Source: Perkinsus chesapeaki ATCC PRA-425
Taxonomy: Eukaryota > Protista > Perkinsozoa
Direction: 5' to 3'
Length of the DNA: 64,000 nucleotides
Assembly (NCBI GenBank): GCA_013115145.1
Contig: JAAPAO010000140.1
Coordinates: 619 to 64,618, forward strand
In this document: in pieces, positions 47,201-59,435 of the stretch
Layout: the number at the start of each line of letters is the position of its first letter
Position numbering within the stretch: position 1 is the stretch's first letter
The notes under the pieces: generated by a model
Databases searched by the model: none
What the model saw: the letters and a program-made list of their open reading frames with translations, nothing else
What the model was told of the DNA's origin: nothing
Position numbers and translations under genes: made by a program

Positions 47201-48786
47201 AGTGTGCAGTATGTATCAACCGCCATAATTTCATCTTCGTTCAGGAGGTCACCAATCGTACACACCCATTTCCGTTGCATAGGGGTTTGCCGTTGGTCTC
47301 TTAACACACATACAGCACCAACAATAGGGTGTATAGCAGCATCCCACCTGTTAACCCCACGTGGCACTTGAACCACCAACTCCAAATATAACAAGGTACA
47401 ATAATCTACCGAGCTAGAGTCGCCTACAGCGCCGTTGGCATCAGGGGCACTCAGATATCTCGGGCTTATTGTAGGCCTCTCGCAGCATTCTTCAAGAACG
47501 GTCTCCAGCGAAGGCGGGTCCGGAAGGAACTCGTACAACTCATTCAGACGGGGCAACATCTCGGCCGCGCTCGTCTCAGCTTCTATGTTGGACGCCGGAC
47601 ACATCACTTCGAAACCAACATCACTCGCAGCCGACGAGCCCGAAGAGTTACTCTCCGCGTACTCGTTGACCAGCATCCCACTATCAGCTGGTAGGTCAAC
47701 TTGAGCATGACGGCTGGCCTCTGGGTAGGCTTTAATATCTTCTCCGACAGCCTCATCAGGAACTACTTCAAAAAAGTCCTCCAAAGCAGCCTTCTGGCTA
47801 TGATGAGCACCTTGGGACCCGCTGGCCGCCTCCTGCTTTGCGACAGAGTCTCGCAAGGCCTCCAACCTTGAAGAGTTCTCCGAATGACAAGGCATGCTTT
47901 GTGGAGTAGGACGACCGGTTGCACGACCTTCGGGCACATAGGGGAACTCCTCACCTGCAGCCAGACATCTTTCATGTTCACCACGCCATAATGTACGAAG
48001 CCTCTGACACATCATACTAGACGAACCACCAGACTGGGATGTGGACAGCGGGGAAGGTCTTGGATAGGAGACAGTATGATCCTGGCTATCTGGTTGAGAG
48101 GTCGAGAGCCGACCTCCAGTTGGAAAGATACCGTGAGCTTCTTCTGGGTTGTAGATACCACTACAGGGAGCGTCGATCTCCAGCGAGCATCTTGAATGTC
48201 GGTCACTTGGAGGCCTCACCGAACACGCATTGGCCTCGATCCGGATAGTTGCACCAGCAGCCAGACCACATTCGCTAACGAACTGCAATGTGTACGGAAT
48301 GTGAAGCTCAAATATCTTACCGTTTCTCCCGTATCTTGCACACAAAGATTTATACGCATGCGCAAGCTTGTAAGATTCGCTTGGATTCGCGTAGCGCACT
48401 TCGAAGATTTCTTGCTCAACCTCGTGATACCCGTAGATGTCCGTGCGCCGCACCCGCCTCACATCAACCACGCTGGCTGCGTTCTGGTTCCCTAAGTTCA
48501 TCAACCGGTCCAGACCGTCACCAAGCTGCCTTTCAGTAAAGTTGTCCGGGAAGCCTTCGGAGTCTAGCAGGACCTTCGGATGATACCCATGAACATGTAC
48601 GCAGCACTGCACTCGACTGACTGCCTCACCCGCGACCACATGCCCATACAGTCGAATCACAGGGCAAACCACCGAGCGCTTTCCGGTGATGCCCGACACG
48701 CTCGCGTCCCCCAGACCGGAGTGAGGCTCGGCCAAGTACCAATCGAGGTGGTAGAGTTTCATAACAAATGAGTTGGAGGAGGCCAT
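44281..48786 (-). CDS. REV3: DNA polymerase zeta catalytic subunit (multi-exon)
   Basis: PVIRLYG and HVHGY N-terminus, TRGSQYRVE, LDFQSLYPS, KLLANVT|YGY, YGDTDS, C-terminal CysA/CysB clusters. Confidence 0.95.
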
Positions 48787-48945
48787 GACAACATCTTACG
48801 GCAATTTAATATATCAACTACTCGACAATTGACAACTGTACGCAAACCAATACATCTTCTTCCAACACCAATTTGATAAATCTCAAAGCATGAGGTGGTG
48901 CCCCGCCCTATCAGGCGGTCCCGATTAATTTGCAGTCAATGACTC

Positions 48946-49946
48946 TCACTTCGTCGGCATGGCAGCAGCAGCACGGTTGCGTGGCACGAAATCGAATGTA
49001 TGGAGTTTCCTGAACCAAAGAATACCAGCATGATCTAATCTTAAGGAGTCCTCATCACTGGAATTGTCCTCTTCGATCAATCTCCCCCCACCCAGACATC
49101 CACTCCCCCGTTTCCTTCCTCGGCAGGCTATACTTGGTCCTAAGCCCTCGTCCCATCCATGAGGTGCAGTCCGATTCCGAAGCCACTGCTTCCTTAACAT
49201 CAGCTTTTCGCCGCAAAGTCTTCGTTGAGTAACTATCAGTAGATGTCACATCCAACCAACAAGAGCAAGTATTCACAGAATGCCACTCAGTGAAATATAA
49301 ACGATAATTTGTGACGGCAATATTAACCGGGAACATGTTCCTCGGGCGAAAGTATGCCACGGTTTCCCCAGTGGCCCTCCCCTCCCCCCTCCCACCCTAC
49401 CTCGCAGGTATAGCCTTCTTAGCGGCGAATCTTCCACGGCTCGGAGCTGACAACATATGCAGCAAGTGGGCAACGTTACCATCTGTCTGGAGGTTGGAGG
49501 ATGACCGTGGGTCTGTCGGAAAGATACCTGCATCATCGACAAGCTCATATATTGCCCGACTGGGAGGATGAGTGGGCGAACCGGATGAAGTCTTAAGATA
49601 TGAAGTAAATTATGGATGGAGCTGGGCGACAACTGGACTGCCATTTCGAAGCGTTAAAAGTGGAATCGATTTGATTCGGATGTATGATACGCGCAACAGC
49701 GGGGAATACAGGGTATTTGGCATGCAGTACTGAAAGTATAGAAGGCCAATGGTATAATAGAAAAGCATATCCTCTAGAGGGTGGAAATTAACACATCGCT
49801 TCAAGAGCTGGATGACGACTTCGAAGGTCAAAGCCTTCAAGCCATACACACACTAACAACACTTCTCAGATACCAAACTTCCAGCAGTGTGTTGAATAAA
49901 AGACCATCGCTCCCTCCTCGTCCTCCTTCGCCCTTCTAGTACCCAT
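48946..49946 (-). CDS. Hypothetical multi-exon protein, possibly membrane-associated
   Basis: ATG 49946 and open segments 49610-49849 (hydrophobic), 49273-49644, 48946-49200; splicing not resolved. Confidence 0.25.
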
Positions 49947-51011
49947 CCCACGGTCTCCTTCACTCTGCCGTGGCCTCTCTATTTGCATCCTCTTGCGACT
50001 TCCTCTTAGACCGTGATTGCCGTTGGTGGGCGAAAAAAGGTCTGTACTACTCGACGTAAAGTGCCTCCGACTGGACCTGCCGAAAACAGCGATACCAAGG
50101 ATCGAACCCGTGCTCAGTTGAATGAAGGTGTAACAGTAAAACCGCTACGCCAAGCAGCCGCCTCGATCCTCACCCGAAGTTCAGTCCATCAGCCTTTCTT
50201 TCAACACCAGGACTCAGAGAGCCCATAGCCAATTGACTAGGCAACACAGACTTCCGATGCTTCGGTCCTTCCGAGTCGATCGAGCCCCCCAAACCTCCCT
50301 CGTCAGCTGTCATCAACCTCGATCGATTATCCTGCCCATGCAACCCAGCAGATGAACCAGCAAACCCATTATATCACCTGCCGGCTCTGGCCGCTTTTAT
50401 CAGCTCTTTTTGAATCTACAAGGGAGAGTCTAAGTCCACCGACCGTCCCAGTCAGGTAACCTTCGTTCTCCCGCGAATGCATGCTGCCCAAGGCGAATGA
50501 GCTGGATAAATCAGGCCTCATCTTTGCGGTGGCCTCCTCCCCACCACACACACTTCCCTAAAGCTTCCAACTGTTATTGCCTATCCAGTATAACATTACA
50601 GAGTGTTGAAGGCCAGCGAGCGTCATTGGACTTGTCCTCAATTCTGTGTAGTACCGCTGGGCCATGTCAAAGAGGATGAAACAAGCCTTTCAAAAAGTAC
50701 TGTCGAATGCAGTTATCACGTTATGGCCATGGATGGGCCATCCACACCTCTCAAGACGTTTTAAGAAATCAAGAGAAGGCTCGAGGACGTGCATGAAAGA
50801 TACTAAATAGCTCACCTCTTTGACATGAGATATACCTATTACCAACGTACCTTGCGTGGGTTAAAAAGGAGATGTATTGATAGAAACCTCAATTATAATA
50901 AGCCGACCTGGCTAGGATGGTGACACAATTCGCCTAATTGCATGTAATGCATGAAAAACTTGTTTCCATCGGGCATGACACCGTGACGTCATTAGTTTAC
51001 CGCGTTGAATC

Positions 51012-54000
51012 ATGACTGACTCAATCGTAGAAAAGGACACTAGAATGGATGGACATGGACGACACTCGACCAATGAGATTTGTGGCGCGCAAGAAACTAT
51101 TGCCTATACCGCTGACGGCAATCAGAACCTGTTCATTGACGAAGACCGAGCTCCACGTGTTGGGATAATGGAATCTTCTTCAAGTGAGCTGGTGCATGCA
51201 TCAACCTAAGATTCTCCTCTTTGCAGACGACGGGGATCAAGGTGACGTAAGTGGTGGTTCTCTGCGGAAAAACGAACCCATGGTGAAAAAATTACTATGT
51301 CGTCACGCGAGGTTGAAGCAGGTCATTGACTGCCACCGAAGATACCATGCTGCCGATTCTCGGGACCACCGACATGGAGACCTCAATGCCGCCGACAGGT
51401 CCTCGTGTGATTCTATCATGGACGGGGTGCTGAAGGAGTATTATAACAGCAGAACCGCTGCAAGTACGTCCGCATTTAGAGTGACCAAAATCACTTTCCT
51501 TCAGCCAACCGAGCAGGCACCACCAAGTCCCTGCAGCGGTATTGGAGGTCTGATGGTAAGATACTCTCCAGGCGTTCCTCCAATACTTTTCAGAAACTTC
51601 CTCTCCGCGCGGAGCTACACCCTTCTTCCGTGGGAAATTCCGCCGCAAAAGCCGAACGTTGAAGTTAAATGACAAAGGAGCGCCGCTCCTGCCTTCAACA
51701 GGACGGTCTTGGACAGGACTGAGGCACAACAGCGCCGGTGGTGGACCGCCCAGACGAATCCACGAGCTTCCTGGAGTGTTACCGACACCAATAGGAGGAG
51801 GAAGAATCTTCCCGGACACTGATGATGAAATTGATGCGGCTGAATACCGAGGGAGCCGGATGGTAAGTGGGGTGGTGTTATTAGTAGTCACATACACAAC
51901 GCTTAGGGCAAAGGCTGTTGCTGTTGAAATCGCCGTTGGAGCTCCTAAACTTCATATCGAAATATCTCTATATTGTCTGAATCCATCATTACTGATTGGC
52001 GATAGTGCTTTATCATCGCTAACAGGCTCAAATGCAAAATGAATATGAACTATTAGTTATTATATCACTTTAATGAGTATTAATAAAATATCTACTAACA
52101 TCATCTCTAGAGATAGTCTAACCATGACCACCGGAGACCATATCATCGTAGAGTACGTCCTATTAGGTGCATGATGTTCAGCAGTTGCCTAACCCTCCAC
52201 CACAGACCAACCCGCCCCTTGGACCATTCTCCTCGGGCATCTTGCTCCCGATGGCACAACCAAGCATCTGCGACAGGGTGGGTATACCAGTGGTAATTTC
52301 GTGGCGCAGTGACTTTTAGGTTACAGTGGACGTCGCTTTGTTTATGCATCTCGTTGATTCATACGCTCTCTCAGGCGACAGTATGAAAAGGATGCGTCTC
52401 TGCAGTTTGGTAGCAGTTTGGTACCCTCCTCATGACCGCGCGCCACGTAATTCCCTCAGATGCAGTTCATGATAGCAGGTTTTCGGCCAAGGGAAAATGA
52501 AATTAATGACGATTGTCAAGTGCTTCGGTGCATCCCGTTTGGATCGTAAGTTCAATCAGCCCTCCTCCCCTAAAAGGTCCAACTCACCTGCTTGTTGCTT
52601 GTTGCAGGTTCACGTACAATCTCCATTTACCATGGGCAAGCGATCTAGATTTTGTTGTAAGCTCCGTTACTACTTTTATATAATCTACATTTTGTATAAT
52701 AATAAATAATTGCCGTGGCGTGCGGTGGGGGACGGTGCTTCACACGTCCGTATTACCATCGTGTGAATTGTACCTTACGCTCATTAAACCAATTCTGAAT
52801 GGCCGTGCAAACGTATTGTGCAGCAGCTTCGATTGATACCCTCTGTGTCCAGAAATTTTCCCACTAAAAGTACCCTCAGGGCGTGGGCCCATTTTTGCAG
52901 CATCTGACTTCGTATATTTATCGTTGATTTACCGTGGCGTGCTTCTGCTGTCTCAGTTACTGCCAGCGTCAGCTCAATACGCAGACCTTCTCTCTCCGGG
53001 CGCCACCGCCATGTCGGCTCGTACGGAGTCGGTCGGCCCTGTTGTTGTTGGGGGTGAAACCTCCGAGGTGATAAAGTATTATTAGTTTTCCTATTTCTGT
53101 TTTAGGCACCAGAAAGTGACGGGAACCGTGGCATTGATAACGTGAAGAAGGCCGAACTATGCGCGGCATTGTTGGGGGAGATATCAGACTATCTCGCCCG
53201 GACTCTACCATCAGGTAACCAAACTTGGCTTGCTTAACTCGCTCGTCGGACTATTAAATTGCTCCTTCGTTACTGACTTGTTCCGTCTTGTACACTTTTC
53301 GTTTGGCCCCATATGCCCAAGTGCAGCTTAAGGGACACACGCACGAATTCTTCATCGGAAACTACTTACTTCCCATTGTATCCGAAACCCATCGGAAACC
53401 GTTGTTCATTTTCAAAAGGCATTTTAATCAACAATCTGATGAGTTTTGGTTAACGTCCCAGTGCCCCTCACAGGAACAATAACCTCCCAGCCAACAGTGA
53501 TATCCTCCTCGAGGATTCCTTTAATAACAGTGTCATGTCGCGAGTTCATCATGGACAGCTTCGATCGGCAGTGGTGAGCAGACCTGGAACGGCCCGATCG
53601 ATGACTAAAGACTTCAGGTGTTCCTCCTGTTCTCTCGGCTCGGAGTCCTTGTGTCCGATGCATGCTCCAGTGCAGCTTCAGATATCTTTATCGGGGCCAC
53701 GCCACACAGGTGAGGTGTTATTCAGAAAATAAGCACATTCGGAATTCTTTCGGGTGCGATTTTGGTGGATGTTTTCTACAAGGGAAAGTTTGTGGGGAAG
53801 ATTCATCTGCCTTTTTCATCACCTTATATCGGTATTAATAGTTAACCCTTGCAACATTAAAGCTCTATAGTTAATATTTACTTTACCTTCCTTCTATCAC
53901 ACCAAGTGGCATGTAGCGCTCGCGCTTTTATCGTGATGAAGACACCAAAGCAGTAACGAGGTTGAGGGCCATCGAATCGGTTAGCACTACTTAGTAACCC

Positions 54001-56140
54001 AGATTGTCAACTTTCCATTCCTCAAGTGTCATAGTTTTATCACCAACTTATTGCATCTGTCCGATCTGTCGCATTGATATGTCAGTAGCCTTTACTTGCC
54101 TTGGCTCCCTAAGTTGGTATCTTCACCAAATTAACTCTGCCTGCTGAGTTATTATTCCTGGATGACAGCTGCTGTATTAATATATTACTTGCCATTGGCG
54201 CAAGTTCGATAGTTGCCTGTGGTAACCCCGTCAAAGTGGCATTTAGTATCATGCTGGCATGTCTGCAGTTGTCTTGTAGAAGGGGGGATTTTCGAACATA
54301 GTTGAAGATACTTTATTCATGACGTGATGGTTACGAGGAGGTTAAATAATAATGATAATAAAACTGATCTCCGTTATAGTATATTATTACACATTCTGTA
54401 GTATATCTTTTTCAGGCCTTGAGACATCCGCCTATATCGCCCTCATGAGCCAGCATTTCGAGTGTCTCCGGCCGCTGGTTTTGATGGTAAAGCACGTCCT
54501 GCTCTGTGATGGTTTGGTATCGACATACAACGGAGGTGTCAGCAGCTACACTTTGGTAAGCAACACCACGTACGGACCTCGGTGATATGCTAGTTGGGCA
54601 GCAGGTCCTCATGACTGTATCATTTTTAAATCAATTTTACTCCAACGATTGCTGGATCGGGGTGCCTCTCGGTCAACTACTTCTCGGTTTTCTTGGTTGG
54701 TATGGCGGTGACAACGATAATGATAAAGATGAGGTTGGTGTTGTTGGATGCTGCTGCAGTGGTGGTGGTGACGAAGATACCCTCCTTTATAACGGAGACA
54801 GAGTGTCTCTAGTGTTCCCCGACGGTAAGTCATTTTATACATAATAATGCGTATCCTACAGCAATCTATATCAGTATCGCCGGTTGAGTTCTCGGTAGCA
54901 CTATGAAGATTCGCAAGCGCAGCTCCAAGCTGTCAGTTTGTATGACTACTCAGCCTTGTGGCATGGACGCCTTATAATTCTATATGTGCTTATTGCTAGC
55001 TTTATCAACGTTCCCCAGGGGGAGATTTTTAAAACATCATGTCTCCGCCAGACTGTCAGAAATATGCACCTCTATACGTATTGATTTAATAGTATTGTTT
55101 ATCTACCTTAATCCATCTCACAGTACTCCACTGCTATTGTCGTTATTATTCATGCGGAAGCGAATACGTATTTTGCGGACCTCGGCGATGGCGGTGTTAT
55201 TATTTCACACATTTCAGGTTCAACATTCACATCGTTTGATGCGAGTCGGTTGATTATCCGACCGTTGAGTTCTTCTTCGTCCGGTGACTCGGTCAACTTC
55301 GAGCTTCGGTCAGAAAATGATCCTTCAATAAATTTGTTTAAAATGGATATGTTGGTTATCCTGGATCCTCTCTCCCCGCTCGGTGAGTGTAGCGGCGGAG
55401 AGTGTATCATCACCACCACGAAGTTGGTCCAAGAATCTATCGCACTCGCTGGAATATCTTTTATCCGTTTTAGTGTATACCAGTACTCTGTAGTTGAAAT
55501 AATTCGTAATTAAGAGTTAATCAATATATTATACTATTATAAAACCGTCTTTTCTTCATTATGTAGCTCTTTATATTGAATTATCATTATTATGTATAAA
55601 ACGTTCATTATTCACCTTCGCGTGCTTCCTTGTATTCGGCTCCTTTATTACTGAGTGTTCCCCACAGTACTGTTCTATAATATACAGTCTTCGTTGTTCT
55701 CCCGAGGAGAACTTGTCTCTCAGGAGAAACCCTGAATCTCGGCCGATCGGCGTGGCGTTGGCCATCAGTCACCGCAGCGCTTCGCTCCGCTAGAAAAAGT
55801 CTGCTTTCTGGCAACTGGTGGGGCCAAAAGTGAGCAGGAGACATTTTGTGGCGCAGTGACTCGACCCTTCAGATACGGTATGTCTATCCCAACAGTGTGG
55901 GTTGCAGCCAAGCGTGCCGGTCATGGGAGCGTTTCGGAGCCCCTGGTCGGCGCTGATAGTAATGGCTCCGCAACAGGCACCACGCGGAGCTCCGAGCTCG
56001 AAGGCGGCAACGGTATGCATGCTGGTGGAAATAGATCCGATGACGATACGACAATGAAGAGTGTGCAGTCGGTTACCGAGGTAAAGTTGCATATTCCTCC
56101 CACGTCATGTTTTACGTCATCATTTCAGGCCGGCTCTTGA
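51012..56140 (+). CDS. TRF4/TENT4-like non-canonical poly(A) polymerase-family protein (intron-rich; 5' end may extend to about 50000)
   Basis: Spliced CIPFGS|FTYNLHLPWASDLDFV (52530-52656), ISSSRIPLITV, LRPLVLMVKHVLLCDGLVSTYNGGVSSYTL, LGQLLLGFLGWYG, LVILDPLSP. Confidence 0.8.
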
Positions 56141-56572
56141 CGGTGGCTGTGATATTAGCGAATAGTTCCTAAGTGTATCATTTGTGTAATTGTCTCCTAC
56201 TATATGTCACATTTGCCCCCGCCATTCCTCAGCACTAGTCTCGTAATGTAACATAACATTATCATCATCAAATGAAATCGTGAATTGTCACACTTGACCA
56301 CCATATGGTTTTCTTATATATATTTTATAATAATTACTATGGCGTCCCTGCCGGTCTTGATTCACTTCCTGGCCCGTTGGATTCCGTCCGACCACTGTCG
56401 TCGAAATAGTCATTACGTCATGACACTTCTCTTCTGAGATTAGTAATCGTTGCTGCAGTTTTTCATCCAATCTCGGAGAGTAGTACTCCTACGTAGCATC
56501 TTCAGCAATGTTGCGTTGGCAGTCTCACCATACACCATTTCGGCAGAAGCTTCTCATTGGCTCCTCACTTGA

Positions 56573-58704
56573 ATGGTCAACACATCCGACGATAGGGTTA
56601 GGTAGCTGAGTTGCGCTCGCTGATGCCTTCACCTCCTCTTCCCCTACTTAGAGTTGGCATGCTCGGTTGTGGTGTTGTTGGTGGGGGTGTGATAGAGCTC
56701 TTGAAACCGTACAAAGATACTATCAACATTTGCAAGGTTCGACATAGCACCGATGTGCTTGAATCATTCCTTCAAGCTTTTATTGACCGAATGCTACCAA
56801 TTGTTATTATCAGGTATGCGTCCGCGATCCCAGCAAGAAGCGTGACATCCAATTCCCAGAAGGGTGCGAGATCCTCCCTGACCCGGAAGCCATTCTTAAC
56901 GACGAAACTATCGGTATGGATGTTGTCCTTGATAATCGGTATATCGCTGTTCAGACATTATAGTCGAAGTTATGGGTGGCACTGATGAGGCATGGGCATG
57001 CACTCAGAAGGCCCTGAAGTCCGGCAAGTATGCCATCATCATACTGCTCGATCTTCATCACTTTCTGTCGTCTTCTTGAATCCTGCCTACATATTTTAAC
57101 CGCCCTGAAACATCCCTGTTGAAGTGCGCCGAAAATTTCGTACCGGGTTTTGCGTGTTGGATCCCTTAAATGGAAGTATGCGATTTCGGAGGCCTCGAGG
57201 TGCGACCTAGCTAACCTCGTAAGTATCTTGCAACAGCTGGTAGTTGTTTCTACAATTGAGCCCATTGTTAATCTGAGCTAGTAGTAGTGTGCCCGAGAGT
57301 TTGTCATGTGATGAATGATCTGCTTCAGCTGATGATGAAATGATCAGGCACGTGGTGTCAGCTAATAAAGCTCTCATTTCCAAGTACACCGATGAGATCG
57401 AACGTCTGGCACTGGAGCAAAATGTAGATACATTTCTAGCGGAGCGAAGCACTCATTCTTTTCAAGGTTCAATTTTTATATGAAGCTGCTGTTTGTGGAG
57501 GCATTCCCATCATCAAGACAGTCCTCCGTGGATTGAGGGCCGATACTTTTAATCACATCTCGGGGTAGCGTTTTGCCGGCGATGTAATCAAAGATATGTT
57601 CAGAATCATGAACGGCAGTACCAACTATATATTGTCCCGTATGGAGAATGAAGGTGTCAGCTACGAGGAGGTATTCAGGTAGCTGATAGAATAACAATTG
57701 TTATACAGGTTATCAATGATGCTCGTCGCCTAGGGTATCTAGAGGCAGATCCAAGTGCAGGTGCGCATGCGTGCTAAATCTTGTGTAATTGTCTCCTAGA
57801 CCTTGAAGGGTATGATGCACGAAGCAAGATATGCATTCTAGCTCGCATCGGTTTTGGAGTGACTGTTGCCGATGAAAACAAACTGTGAGCGATCTGAGTT
57901 ATAGCCTTTAACGCTTCTGTAGTTACACTGCTGGTATAACCAACATTACATCTCGTGACTTCGAGTTTGCCAAGTCTCTCGGCTACACCATAAAACTCAT
58001 CGCCAAAGCCCGACTTCTTCCGAGTAACTATATTATCTTCAATGGCTTCCTAATCCTTCGGTATAGGAGATAACGCGACCACCGAAAACCGTTTGGAGTG
58101 TTGGGTCTCCCCTGCATTCGTGCCTCTAACGAATGCCATGGCAAAAGTCAGCGGTCCAACCAACTGTGTGGAAGTGTCCACAGTTCAAGTTGGCCCACAA
58201 TGGTGACATCTTCCCTATTGGCGTGATCCACTTTGTCATCACTAGGTACATAGGAGCTGGTGCTGGGAGGTATCCCACAGCGAATTCAATTGTCAGTGAT
58301 GTACTCGAGGCGGTTGACAATTGTTCAGCGGGAATAGGGTAAGTCTCCTTCCCCTTTGGCCCGGTTGCTCATCTCATCAGATTCTCGTCACCCTACGGAA
58401 GTCGCCGTATCGATGGCAAGGTCGAGGCTGACATCAACGCCCGAGTGTAGGTCAGTTTTGACGATCTTCACGCTACTGTTTTATCATCAGTTACATTCGT
58501 GTGGCAGATAAGCAATCAGCCGTTGCTACCCTAACTAAGGAAGGTGTCCAAATTGATCCTGGTGGGTTGCTTACTCTTTTTCTGCCCGGCACAAGCTCTT
58601 CAGATACTCCAGCAGATGTGGTGATTTCGACTAAGTCTGTGAGCCTTTTACAGGCCAAGGCTGCGCTGGACGCTTCAGCGGTTGTCATGCCTATTTTAGA
58701 GTAA
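56573..58704 (+). CDS. hom: Homoserine dehydrogenase, monofunctional, about a dozen introns
   Basis: [77 protein letters not shown]. Confidence 0.93.
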
Positions 58705-59435
58705 CAATCACACCATGAGTTTTTCTATCACGACAACTGTTGAGTTAACCAGTCGATCGGTGGTCCCTTTCCGAGGGATTTCGGTACTTGGCACCGACCT
58801 TGAGAGTCGCTGCAGAGAGGTCGCTAGATAGTTGACGTACCGTAGGTTAAGTTCGCACAGCAACAGGATTTTCGATGATGTCCTCCTCACAGCTATTTAG
58901 ATTGAGCCGCGACATCAATCTCAGAATATCCGTACTATTAATTGTTGAGTTGCCCCTATTAGAAATTACTAAACATAAAGACAGTACAATCTTGGACAGC
59001 GGAAATGACGTGATTAATATCGAGACCGATGGTGAACCACGAAAGCGACCATGAAAACCTTTTGGCGATGAAGCCGTGACACTGAAAGGTCCCGTGACCA
59101 GGGGCATGATGAAAAGAGGACTCTAGGACCCCGACAAGGTCAGGGCCTTCTCAAGGATAAGGGATCTTCTTTAGAACCGCCAGACTGTAGAATGTTGATT
59201 GTTGAGTGGTAAATAAGATAGGAACACATTATCATCATTATCCCTCAGATGAACTATTTCGGGCAAGGGGATCTACATTGACAACTCCAACATATCAAAC
59301 TTCTTGGAGAATGGGGATCGACTACAGACGTCTCCCTTCAAATCAGAAAGACAGACTTCTGGAATCAGAAGTTCCATCGACAAGAACTATTTCTATCGAC
59401 CCTATGAAAGAAAAACAATAGCTCCTGAGTATCCC

